DNA of 64,000 nt from an uncultured Gemmatimonadales bacterium (GCA_963795085.1 CAWCFX010000004.1:713072-777071), one strand, 5' to 3'. Numbered from the stretch's first letter, positions 54,972 through 64,000 are shown. The notes: generated from the sequence alone by a model not told the origin. Numbers and translations are program-made.

Positions 54972-56456
54972 ATGATCGCGCGGACCCTTCGGTCATCCTC
55001 GGCGGTTCTCCTGTGCCTGCTGACATCGTCGTGTGGCGGTGGGGAGGGTGGCACGGGGTCTCATGATCCACTGCCGGTTTCCACCACCCTGAACGTCTCA
55101 CCCAGCCCCGCCACCCTTCCCCAGGCCGGGACACTCCAGCTCGCGGTGGAGGTACTGGACCAGTTCGGCGATCCCATCGCGGCCTACGTCACATTTCGCT
55201 CCGGCGATCCGAGCGTGATCAAGGTCTCTGCCGACGGGCTCCTCCAAGCAGTGGGACGAGCTCTCCAGACCACCGTCGTTATCCAGGCCGGCGCCCTGAG
55301 CAAGACGCTTCTGGTGGCCGTCTCTGCGGTGCCTGCTTCGGTGCGCTTCACCCGCGACTCCCTTGTCCTCGGCCGCACCGGCGTCGAGCGGGTTCCGGCA
55401 GTCATTCTCGACCTGGCCGGCGATGTCATTTCTGCCCTGAGTCCGCTGATCACCCCGGAGGATCCTGGCCTGCTCAGCATCCTTCCGGGAGGCGCTATCC
55501 GCTCCATCGGAGGGGTGGGGAGCACGACGGTCCGCGCCACGTACCAGGCGCTTCCCGCGGATACCCTGTTTGTCTCGGTCCTGCATGCCGTCCACCCGGC
55601 CGGCCAGTTGAGCGCGACGCTCAACACGCCGTCGCATCCGTATGGTGTCGCGATCTCGATCGATCGGATCGGGTACATCCTGAACTACCCCAGTTCGACC
55701 AGCCTGCTCCGGGTCGACCTCGCTACGTCCCTGTTCCTGGCCAGTATTCCTGGGGTGGGAGCCGGCCTGGGTATCGCCGTGAACCACGCGGGTACCCAGC
55801 TTTACGTCGGGCGGCTGGCGGCGGGCGGTCTGTCGTCCGCGGTGGTCCGGGTGGATGTCGCATCGGCCACCGTGACCGACTCGCTGCTCCTCGACACTCC
55901 CTGGGCCGTCGCGGTGTCGCCCGATGACCAGCTGGTGTTCGTTACGACCAACCAGCCGCAGATGCTCATTCTCGACGCCGGCCTCGGCCTCGTGGACTCG
56001 GTAACTCTCCCCAACCCGGCCATCCAGCTCGCCGTGCATCCCACCCTGCCCCTGGTCTACGCCAGTGGGCCCGGCGGGGTCACCGAAGTGAATACCTCCA
56101 CACACACGGTGGGGCGGCTGTTCTCGTCGGGCGCTCGTACCCAGGGAGTCGCCGTCTCACCGGACGGCACCCAGCTCTACGTGGTCACCGAAACGAACGT
56201 CCTGACCATCTGGGACCTGCAGAATGGCGGGCTGATTGCCAACATCCTGGGCGCGGGCGGCTACGGTGCGGCGGTCAGTCCCGATGGCGAGCGGCTGTAT
56301 GTCACCGGGACCTATAATATCAAGTTGATCGATCTCCCCAACCGCGTCCTGCTTGACAGTGTCGTGGTCTCTTCTGCCGACCGTGTGGCCTTCAGTTATG
56401 ACGGTGGAACGGCGCTGGTAACCGATCAGACCGGGCATGTCCATATCCTGAAGTGA
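54972..56456 (+). CDS. Lipoprotein with Ig-like (Big_2) domains and YVTN-type beta-propeller
   Basis: Lipobox TSSC; VTFRSGDPSVIKVSADG; repeated VAVSPDG..LYV blades. Confidence 0.8.
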   Translation: MIARTLRSSSAVLLCLLTSSCGGGEGGTGSHDPLPVSTTLNVSPSPATLPQAGTLQLAVEVLDQFGDPIAAYVTFRSGDPSVIKVSADGLLQAVGRALQTTVVIQAGALSKTLLVAVSAVPASVRFTRDSLVLGRTGVERVPAVILDLAGDVISALSPLITPEDPGLLSILPGGAIRSIGGVGSTTVRATYQALPADTLFVSVLHAVHPAGQLSATLNTPSHPYGVAISIDRIGYILNYPSSTSLLRVDLATSLFLASIPGVGAGLGIAVNHAGTQLYVGRLAAGGLSSAVVRVDVASATVTDSLLLDTPWAVAVSPDDQLVFVTTNQPQMLILDAGLGLVDSVTLPNPAIQLAVHPTLPLVYASGPGGVTEVNTSTHTVGRLFSSGARTQGVAVSPDGTQLYVVTETNVLTIWDLQNGGLIANILGAGGYGAAVSPDGERLYVTGTYNIKLIDLPNRVLLDSVVVSSADRVAFSYDGGTALVTDQTGHVHILK

Positions 56457-56490
56457 CCCAGATTCCCCATGGGCCGTCGGGATGACCCTC

Positions 56491-56560
56491 ATCAGGGAGC
56501 GAAACGGGCCTGATCACCGGATCCCGGAACTTCCACCGGTCCCGTCCGAAGTATCCCTCC
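56491..56560 (-). pseudogene. Degenerate duplicate of the 3' end of the 56671-57348 gene
   Basis: Translates GYFG....KFRDPVIRP versus GYFVHGTSVGDFRDLVIRP in the intact gene. Confidence 0.6.
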
Positions 56561-56670
56561 CTTTTCCCGGTTAGGGATTCGATTCAACGCATTCGGACCA
56601 GCCAGGGGGACGGGCGCGACTTCGCCCGGCACCGAGCGCGGTTACGTGGCGGCCGATCGGCGAGCGGCCT

Positions 56671-57348
56671 TCAGGGCGCCGGCCGGATCACCAGGTCGCG
56701 GAAGTCTCCCACCGATGTTCCGTGCACGAAGTATCCCACCCCGCCCGAGCGGTACGCCGACGGGCTCACCACCGACAGCGCTGGAACCTCGGCCCGGTCG
56801 AGGTAGACGTCCACCGCGGGGCCGCGCACCCGCAGCCGCACGTGGATCCACCCGTTGGGGTCGAGCGACGCCGGCACCGGCTGCTCGAACCGGCCCGGCT
56901 GCTCGGCGCGGAGCCGGTCCCAGGGATAGTCGGGGGAGGAGACGAACTGCACCGCGTGGGCGTGCCGGGCCGAGTCCGCTGCCCGGAAGTTGAAGGGCCG
57001 GAGATAGACCGCGTCGAAGCTGGTCTCGCTGGTGACGTGGAAGGCGATGCCGACGAAGCTGTGGCCCACGATGTCCCGGCCCCGCACATCGAACTCGATC
57101 TCGCCGTCGGTGAATCGAAGCTCGGGGGACCAGGCGAGCCCCACCGTGTCCGGCTCCCCGACGAACGCCAGGTACTCCCGTCCGCCCTCGACGCGGGTCT
57201 CGATGGCGCGGGTGAAGAGCCGCCACCCGCCGGCTGGCGCCTGGGCGCCCGGGAGCTGGGCGGTGACGGTCCCCTGGGCGGCCAGGGTGCCAGGGAGAAG
57301 GGCGAGGGCGGCGGTGAGGAGCGACCGGGTGACTGCGAGACGGTTCAT
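56671..57348 (-). CDS. Secreted concanavalin-like (DUF1080-like) protein
   Basis: Signal peptide; FTDGEIEFDVRG, FVGIAFH, VYLRPFNF, WIHVRLRV. Confidence 0.75.
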   Translation of the reverse strand: MNRLAVTRSLLTAALALLPGTLAAQGTVTAQLPGAQAPAGGWRLFTRAIETRVEGGREYLAFVGEPDTVGLAWSPELRFTDGEIEFDVRGRDIVGHSFVGIAFHVTSETSFDAVYLRPFNFRAADSARHAHAVQFVSSPDYPWDRLRAEQPGRFEQPVPASLDPNGWIHVRLRVRGPAVDVYLDRAEVPALSVVSPSAYRSGGVGYFVHGTSVGDFRDLVIRPAP

Positions 57349-57438
57349 TACTGACCTTGAGCGGTGGGGGTTGCCTGGGTCAGCCATCGGACGGCGGGGG
57401 TGGAGGGTGGGTTTCGGGTCTTCCTAGCCACTGATAGG

Positions 57439-57946
57439 CTCCCTAACCCCGTATCCCCCTTCACCTGTTTGGATCCCCATCCCCTCTCCCCCTTCCCCTG
57501 TAGATCCCTAACCCCCTTCGACCGAGCGCCCCTAAAGGGACTTCCTTCGGTCGTAGCGAGGAAGTCCTTTAGGGTCCCCCTTCCCCTGTTCAGGGGAAGG
57601 GGGGACGCCCGTCCAGGATTGGCACGGCATGACGCCGAGCGCGCCGGCAGATCCCTAACCCCCTACCCCCCTTCCCCCGTCGGGGGAAGGGGGAACGAAG
57701 GGCTGGGGTCTTAGTCAAAGGAGCAGGGACGTGAACTACACGGACCGCGAGTTGGCACCAGGGCGCGCCCCGGAGGGGCGCGAGTCAGGAGCCCGGGAGG
57801 CGGACTGCGGTCCCCCCTTCCCCTGTCAGGGGAAGGGGGAAAGGGGGTTAGGGATCCCGACAGTGAAATGGGACACCAAAGGACTTCCTCGCTACGACCG
57901 AAGGAAGTCCCTTTAGGGGCGCTCGGTCGCAGGGGGTTAGGGATCC
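57439..57946. repeat. Cluster of palindromic GATCCCTAACCCCC-family elements in inverted arrangement
   Basis: + copies at 57502-57610 and 57647-57696; - copies at 57809-57858 and 57871-57946; internal hairpins CCCTAAAGGGACTTCCT/AGGAAGTCCTTTAGGG and CCCCCTTCCCCTG/CAGGGGAAGGGGG. Confidence 0.9.
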
Positions 57947-57962
57947 TGACAGGGGCAGCGAG

Positions 57963-57987
57963 AAAACCGCCTCCTCCGGGGAGACGG
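57963..57987 (-). terminator. Likely intrinsic terminator of the peroxiredoxin gene
   Basis: On the - strand CCGTCTCC-loop-GGAGGCGG followed by TTTT, about 37 nt after the stop. Confidence 0.55.
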
Positions 57988-58023
57988 CCTGGCTGCTCGC
58001 GGGCTCTCAACCACAAGGCCGGC

Positions 58024-58683
58024 CTACTGCGGCTGCGGCACGATCCTGATGTAGGGGAGCGGCGCTTTCCACCCCGCCGGATACGCCGCCCTGGCGTCCG
58101 CGTCGGACACCGACGGCAGGATGATCACGTCCTCCCCCTGGTTCCAGTTGGCCGGAGTCGCCACCTTCTTCGCCGCGGTGAGCTGGCAGGAGTCCATCAA
58201 CCGCAGGATCTCGGCAAAGTTGCGTCCGGTGCTCATCGGGTAGGTCAGCATCGCCTTGATCTTCTTGTCGGGGCCGATGATGAAAACCGACCGGGCGGTC
58301 GCATTGTCCATCGCCGTTCTCCCCACGCACGAATCCCCCGACTCGGCGGGCAGCATGTCGTACAGCTTGACCACCGCCATGGTGGGATCGCCAACCAGCG
58401 GGTAGTTCACCGCGTGACCCTGGGACTTCTCGATGTCGCCGGACCACTTCACGTGGTCGCTGACCCCGTCCACGCTGATCCCCAGGATCTTGCAGTTCCG
58501 CTTGTCGAACTCTTTCTTGAGACCCGCCAGGTGCCCCAGCTCCGTGGTGCAGACCGGGGTGAAGTCCTTGGGGTGGGAGAAGAGGATCGCCCAGCCGTCC
58601 CCGATCCAGTCGTGGAAGCGGATCTCCCCCTGGGTGGTATCGGCCGTGAAGTCGGGGGCGATATCATTGATGCGTAAGGCCAT
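58024..58683 (-). CDS. 1-Cys peroxiredoxin (Prx6 family)
   Basis: FSHPKDFTPVCTTE, YPMSTGRNF, VATPANW; GGAGG RBS. Confidence 0.95.
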   Translation of the reverse strand: MALRINDIAPDFTADTTQGEIRFHDWIGDGWAILFSHPKDFTPVCTTELGHLAGLKKEFDKRNCKILGISVDGVSDHVKWSGDIEKSQGHAVNYPLVGDPTMAVVKLYDMLPAESGDSCVGRTAMDNATARSVFIIGPDKKIKAMLTYPMSTGRNFAEILRLMDSCQLTAAKKVATPANWNQGEDVIILPSVSDADARAAYPAGWKAPLPYIRIVPQPQ

Positions 58684-58847
58684 AGGGACTCCTCCGAGGA
58701 TGGTTCGAGGGCAACGTTGGCAGTCGCCATCTTACGGCCAGCATCGCGGTCTTGTCCAGAGGCGGGGGGGTCCTCTTTCGCCTGCAGATCCCTGACCCCC
58801 TGCGACCGGGGCCAGACATTCGGGAGGGAACTGGCGCAGAAGGCCAA

Positions 58848-58884
58848 TGGCGGATCACCTTCTCGGCTTCATCTCCCACAGCAC
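58848..58884. repeat. 37-bp direct repeat of 60716-60752 (3' end of the 60723-61169 gene)
   Basis: 33 of 37 bases identical, with a 21-bp perfect core CGGCTTCATCTCCCACAGCAC. Confidence 0.9.
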
Positions 58885-58941
58885 TCTGTCGCGGACGCCA
58901 TACCCTAGCGCACCGGCGGTTCGAATGCCAGACTATTGAGC

Positions 58942-60429
58942 ATGTCTCCAACGATTGTGGCTCAACGAGCCTGGCAGGTCTGCCTGGGCCTGGCGGTCGC
59001 TGCTTGCGGCGAGTCGACCGGATCGGATCCCGATGCGACACCTGTCGTGGAGATCGCGGTCGGCGATACGGTGACAGGGACCGCGAAAGCGGGAAAGATC
59101 GACATATACTCTCTTGTCCCGAGCCACTCGGGACCGGTTGCCGTCTTTCTCCAGGCGCTCGATAACAATATTGTCGAGCTTTGGATTCCCATAAACAGCT
59201 TCCGTACCTCAGCGTCCTTTGCTGCGCATACCCTGGCGGCCAATCGGACTCCTATGTTCTTCATAACGGCCGGTTCAGCCTTCCAGATCCGGATCCAGCC
59301 GGGGCCCCATGCCAACCCCGACTACGTGAACGGCCGATACCGTTTCGTTGTCGTGCCCATCGACTTTGCCCCAGAGAACGGGCCGGCGGCGATGGTCCCC
59401 GGCACCACGGTCACGGGTGAGCGGTTGCTTCATTCCGCGGACATTGACGTATGGAGTTTGCCGTCTTTTGCCGACACCCTGGGGCTGCTGCTCACCTTCG
59501 GCCTCGACACGCCGACCCCTGGATTAGAGATCTCCGCTGTCCTCAGCTCCCAACCGCACGTCACGCTGGAGAATCCAGGGGATACATCCACGGTGGTCTC
59601 GGGTCTGGTCTCGACGGTGATTCCCCTTGTTTGGTCGGCGGCGGTGAGCAGCCCGACGCCGCCCTCGTTCTCCCCGGATCCCCCGCCTATGCCCGCTTAT
59701 CGTGTCGGCACCCGGTTGGTGGATCTTCGGCCGGAGCATCGCTCGGCCATTCTCGCGCTGGCGGACAGCCTGACGACGGAGGCGATTGATAGTGTCAATG
59801 ACCGGGATTCCTACAAAGTTGTGTCGAGCGGGACGCCAACCATGTATTCGGCATATCTCATCACCCTCGGGAGCCCGGGGGACACCCTCGAACTCAAGGT
59901 ACGCTATCCGTTTGAGTTAGGGGGAGGATTGTCGTTTCGGTCAGCGGCGGGCGATACGGCGCTCCTGGAGCAGGGAGCCGGCCCCTTCGATTCGCGCTTC
60001 GGCCAGTTCACTATAACCGTCGAGGCCGTCAGTATCGGGCAGCCAGGGATACTTCCGTCGTACCGGTTTGCCCTGCTCACATCGTCGGACGCCCCGGAAA
60101 CAGCCCCCGCTGTGATCAGCGTGGGAGACACCGTTGATATCGAGCGAATCGACCATCCGGCGGACGCGGATCTGTTCACGTTCCAGGGCACGATCGGCCA
60201 GCTGGTGACGGCCGACCTCGAGATCCCCGCCGACTTCACTGGGCAGTTACGCATGAGCATCTTCATGCCGGGAGGTTCGGCCCTCCACGCCGTCACGGCG
60301 GACCCTGGTATACCGCTGGGCACCAACCCCGTTTCCTTCAACCTCGAAGCCACTGGGACCGTCAATGTGTACCTGATCAATCCGCCAGCCAGCCGCGGTC
60401 ACGGGTCGTACCGGTTCGTGGTGAAATAG
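58942..60429 (+). CDS. Lipoprotein with repeated PPC-like (pre-peptidase C-terminal) beta domains
   Basis: Lipobox VAAC; repeats of D.D.Y/F (IDIYSL, DIDVW, DRDSY, DADLFTF) and G.YRF; visibly more A/T-ending codons than neighbours. Confidence 0.75.
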   Translation: MSPTIVAQRAWQVCLGLAVAACGESTGSDPDATPVVEIAVGDTVTGTAKAGKIDIYSLVPSHSGPVAVFLQALDNNIVELWIPINSFRTSASFAAHTLAANRTPMFFITAGSAFQIRIQPGPHANPDYVNGRYRFVVVPIDFAPENGPAAMVPGTTVTGERLLHSADIDVWSLPSFADTLGLLLTFGLDTPTPGLEISAVLSSQPHVTLENPGDTSTVVSGLVSTVIPLVWSAAVSSPTPPSFSPDPPPMPAYRVGTRLVDLRPEHRSAILALADSLTTEAIDSVNDRDSYKVVSSGTPTMYSAYLITLGSPGDTLELKVRYPFELGGGLSFRSAAGDTALLEQGAGPFDSRFGQFTITVEAVSIGQPGILPSYRFALLTSSDAPETAPAVISVGDTVDIERIDHPADADLFTFQGTIGQLVTADLEIPADFTGQLRMSIFMPGGSALHAVTADPGIPLGTNPVSFNLEATGTVNVYLINPPASRGHGSYRFVVK

Positions 60430-60656
60430 GCATATTGGGCCAGGTGAGCGCGCGGGCTGCCCATCCGGCCATCTTCCCGCCAGTATAACGCGACTACCGT
60501 CGCTGCTCGGCCCACCGTCGCCTCCGGCGACTCCCCGGGAGGACTTTCGGTTGGGGTGGCTTTCTCCACACCGTGTGAGTCAGCGTGAGCACACCGCAGA
60601 TGCAGCTGGGCCAAGGCCGGAGTCGCAGCAAAATGATGTCACTAGCATCAGTAACC

Positions 60657-60695
60657 CCTGCTTACTTCTCCCTGCTTCCTGCTCCCTGCTCCCTG
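60657..60695 (-). repeat. 7-mer array (CAGGGAG)n on the - strand
   Basis: CCTGCTT CCTGCTC CCTGCTC CCTG on the + strand, downstream of the - gene stop. Confidence 0.75.
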
Positions 60696-60722
60696 TGGAC
60701 CTTACTCCTTCCCGGTGGCGGC

Positions 60723-61169
60723 TCACCCCCGCGGCTTCATCTCCCACAGCACGTTGACGATCACCCAGCGGCCGTTGAACCGCGCCAGCTGCATGTAGTC
60801 GATCCAGTCCGACATCGTGGCCCGGACCGCGGCCACGTTGTGGAAGATGTCGAGGATCGCCACGTCCTTCTGCTGCCGCTCGGGCGGGGTCTCCTTGCCG
60901 AAGCCACGGGCGGCGCCCGCGACCAGCCGAGTGGCGCCCATCTGGTCGATCATGCTGCCCAGGCTGTCGGTGCGGATGATCCGCTTGACCAGCTCGGGAT
61001 GCACCGCGCGGGCCATCCGGGCCGCGTCCCCGGTGTACCACCCTTCGACGTAGTCCAGCGCCGTGGCCCGGATGGCGGCGGAATCGGCGGCGGTCTGGGC
61101 CCGGGCCGCCGTTGTCGCGAGGGTAAACGCCAGGACGAGGGTCGCCCAAGGCACCAGTCTGGTTTTCAT
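60723..61169 (-). CDS. Secreted NTF2-like (lumazine-binding-like) protein
   Basis: Signal peptide; ALDYVEGWYTGDA.RM.RA.HPEL.KR, DY.QLAR.NGRWVIVNVLW. Confidence 0.85.
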   Translation of the reverse strand: MKTRLVPWATLVLAFTLATTAARAQTAADSAAIRATALDYVEGWYTGDAARMARAVHPELVKRIIRTDSLGSMIDQMGATRLVAGAARGFGKETPPERQQKDVAILDIFHNVAAVRATMSDWIDYMQLARFNGRWVIVNVLWEMKPRG

Positions 61170-61258
61170 GGCCGGGAGTCCGTGTAGGGGAGACTGGAGT
61201 ATGGCGGCGGGGGCGGAGGGAGCCAAGGCCGAACCTTCCATATCCCTTCGCCTGACAA

Positions 61259-61338
61259 ATCCCTAACCCCCTGCGACCGAGCGCAGCGAGGAAGTCCTTT
61301 AGGGTCCCCCATCCCCTGTTCAGGGGAAGGGGGGACGC
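61259..61338 (+). repeat. Short form of the GATCCCTAACCCCC palindromic element
   Basis: Same as 63911-64000 but lacks the internal 25-bp fold-back segment. Confidence 0.9.
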
Positions 61339-61419
61339 ATGTCGAGGTCGCCAAGCTTGGGGGGCAGTTCCTCGAACACGGAGCCCACCAACACATTCGG
61401 TTCCCCCTCATTCCCACCC

Positions 61420-63685
61420 TCACGACACCCACGACCCATGTCCCACCACCAGCCACCTCCCCTCACGGTATTCCAGGGTCAGGATCGATCCGCCGCCGCA
61501 GAGGCATCCGGCTCCATAGCGGGTGTAAGGCCGTTGGTCCACCTCCACGTAGTACCGCTGTTCGATACGCCGGACTGGGGAGATCTGGTATCCCATCACG
61601 ATCTGTTCCCGCTGGGCGCGTGCCAGTAGACTGTCGCGAGTCAGCATTTCGAACCGGTCTCTCCAGCGCTTGTCACGGAGAACCTGGGGGACGATACCTT
61701 CGATGTTGAGAAGACGCTGGTCGGGGCGCTCGTCATGGCTGCTGAATCGGTTATATCTGTCGTCCCTGGCGAACTCCAGCCCCGTCCCGGTGGTGACGAA
61801 CTGGAGAAGCCGATCCTGCAGGTCGGCCAGGAGCACGGTATCCCGCACGGTGTCCTGCACCAGCGGCCGGAACCGTTCCAGGACGGCGTACGCCCGGTTA
61901 CGGGACGCACTATCGGGAGCCGCCGCCCTCTGGCGCAGCCAGGGCAAGGGCAGGGTGTCGTTGAAAGTGAGGAGCCAGGTCGCCCAGGTCACTCGGCCCT
62001 GGAGCGTGGTGTCGCGCTGGAAGCGGACGCGCAACTTGCCATGGCCCGCGGGGTCGTGTGCCCGCGCCCATTCCCGGATGATCGCGAGATTGACCGTTTC
62101 GAAGTCGAACAGTCCCCCTGTCCCCAGCTAGCTTCGCAGCGTCGAGGTAGGCCAGATGCGCCTCGAGCGGCGCGTCAAAGCCGGGGAAGGGAGCCTTCTG
62201 CCGTTCTTCGCCTGAGGAACTCCAGGTCGGCCGGTTCGGATCGCCCTCCACGTAGGCCCGCACCTCCCGCCCCTGGGTCCTGGAGGTGTCCACGTCGGTG
62301 CGCACCCTGGCCAGGTAGCGAGGGGGATCGGCGCGATAGGCCGCGAGCAGAAAGACGGCTGCCGCCTGGGGGTCGTCGCTGGCGCGAGCCGCACCGGCAA
62401 AGGCTTCCCCGGCTGCCGGAGTCACCGAATCCACCGACCGGATTGTGGTGAGGAGGTCGGAGACGCCGGGCCCGTATTTCCCTCGATGGATTCGCTGGTC
62501 CTGCCGGGTGCCGAACGCGCTGATGTATATCCGGGCGAGCAGGGTGTCGAGGATAATCCCTGGTTCCGCGCTTTGCCGGACCAGCTGGCTGGTAAGCCAG
62601 GCATCGCCCCGACGCCAGGCGCCCGCGTAATGCCGACGTGCAGAGGGTGTTCCCCGGGAGCCACGGTACAGCGCCCATTCTATCGCTTCGCGCTCCTCGA
62701 CCGACCGGGCCTGCCCCCGGAGCTGGAGGAGCTCCAGGAAGGCGGTGGTGTCGCCCTGCTCCATACGGAGCACATGATGCCAGTGCGGCGGCGGCGGCGC
62801 GGCGGCGGTTGAGGTGGTGTCCCTGCCGTGCCTGATGAATGCCCGGCTCCGCGCCTCATGCTGGGCCGCAGGGTCGGGAGCCCACTCACCCCGCCGCACC
62901 ACCAGCAGCGTGCCGCCGGAGCTATCCATCGTGCCCGTCGCATGGTAATGCTCCGAGACCACGGCCAATCGGCCGATGGCCACCATACTGTCGAACCGCC
63001 CGGTCAAGGGATCGTAGCGGAACTTCTCGACCAGCCGGCCGGTGACCCGGTCGACCCGCCGGGGTTCCTCCGGGTCATCAACGTAGTCCGGGCGGCTGGT
63101 GATCCGCAGGTCGAGCCAGGTCTCCGCGGTTGCCGCTCCGGCGTTGTCCAGCCGGCCGGTCCGGATCCGGAGCACCCACGCCGTGTCGGGAAGTGTTGCA
63201 CCCGTATAGTCGGTTTCCTCGGCGCCGGGGACGATGAAGGTGTAGGCGACCGTGTCGGCCCAGCTATCGTCGGGCTGGAGCGGCAACGGGGCGAGCCAGG
63301 CAGGGAGGTCGAAGAAGACCGTCCCGGCATTGTTCACGAGCATGTCGGCTAATGGTCCATTCACCGTCAGGGTGAGCGGCCCGTCCGGTGTGGCGCGGGC
63401 CAGCTGGCCGGACGTGTGCCCTCCTCCCTGCACGCTACCTAGAGTGAACTGGACGAGGTCCGTGCCTGCCGGTCCGGCGCCCGGGGTAGGCATGATGACC
63501 AAGCCAGAGTCTGCACTGGAGGCGAACACCGAATCGCCGCCAGTGGGGATCCAGATCGAGTGCTGGGTCAGCAGGAAGGCCGTTCGCGGCGCCGGGTCCG
63601 CGCTTTGCGCCTGGGCCTGGGACACGAGGAGAATGAAGCTCAGTGCGGTGAGCGACGAGAATGGGAACAAACGTATGGTGAACAT
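61420..63685 (-). CDS. Large secreted hypothetical protein, frameshifted near 62118
   Basis: Signal peptide ending AQA; removing one G from a G5 run joins 61910-63736 to 61420-62034 (…DRGLFDFETVNLAIIREW…CLCGGG…GSWVS). Confidence 0.65.
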
Positions 63686-63859
63686 GGGATACCCCGCTCC
63701 AGGGGTTGACCAACGATACTGCCCACGCACCGACACTAGCGGACCTGGATGGTTTCGCTATGGAGCCTGGATGACAACCCGATGACGACGGAGTGAGGCT
63801 CCTGGATAGGGGACGTTGAGGGGGGAGAGGGGTGCACCGGGGAACGGAAGCAGAGGGCC

Positions 63860-63900
63860 GAGTACTGAGTGCTGAGTACTGAGTGCTGAGGGCTGAGTAC
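63860..63900 (+). repeat. 7-mer array (TGAGTRC)n
   Basis: Nearly the same string as 54102-54142. Confidence 0.9.
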
Positions 63901-63910
63901 CGCCTCTCTG

Positions 63911-64000
63911 GCAGATCCCTAACCCCCTGCGACCGAGCGCCCCTAAAGGGACTTCCTTCGGTCGTAGCGAGGAAGTCCTTTAGGGTCCCCCTTCCCCCGT
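63911..64000 (+). repeat. Long form of the GATCCCTAACCCCC palindromic element (runs off the window)
   Basis: Near-identical to 57502-57590. Confidence 0.9.

Noticed and set aside
1..64000. Prophage, IS element, integron or defence island
   Set aside because: No integrase, transposase, phage structural or recognisable defence genes apart from one TA pair; no attC-like sites identified

Overview
A 64-kb, very GC-rich bacterial chromosomal window. The gene complement (Ser/Thr kinase-TolB and kinase-TPR proteins, TIGR02999-type ECF sigma factors, many secreted serine hydrolases) resembles Gemmatimonadota; this is inference, as no marker gene is present. About 42 genes are supported. They include an Lhr-like helicase, a PLP decarboxylase, two ECF sigma/Ser-Thr kinase pairs, a di-heme peroxidase, a dual-core hybrid histidine kinase, an amidohydrolase, an Ala/Gly symporter, Smr, GNAT, a copper nitrite reductase, a RES-Xre toxin-antitoxin pair, an ankyrin protein, an AlkZ-like glycosylase, an ERCC4 nuclease, a 1-Cys peroxiredoxin and many secreted hypotheticals. 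I found no tRNA, rRNA, CRISPR array, transposase or integrase. Four genes carry 1-bp frameshifts that look like long-read errors. The most unusual signals are non-coding. (1) At least 15 intergenic regions carry short tandem arrays of unrelated 7-, 8-, 9-, 13- and 14-mers that follow one polarity rule: the G/A-rich strand follows (and sometimes supplies) stop codons, and the C/T-rich strand precedes starts. This produces head-to-head junctions that resemble telomere fusions. (2) A four-way-junction RNA leader with two anti-Shine-Dalgarno segments lies between a sigma70 promoter and an ankyrin gene. (3) There are two families of palindromic REP/RPE-like elements, one apparently growing by fold-back. 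(4) Several duplicated gene 3' ends and reciprocally decayed paralogues bracket inserted genes.
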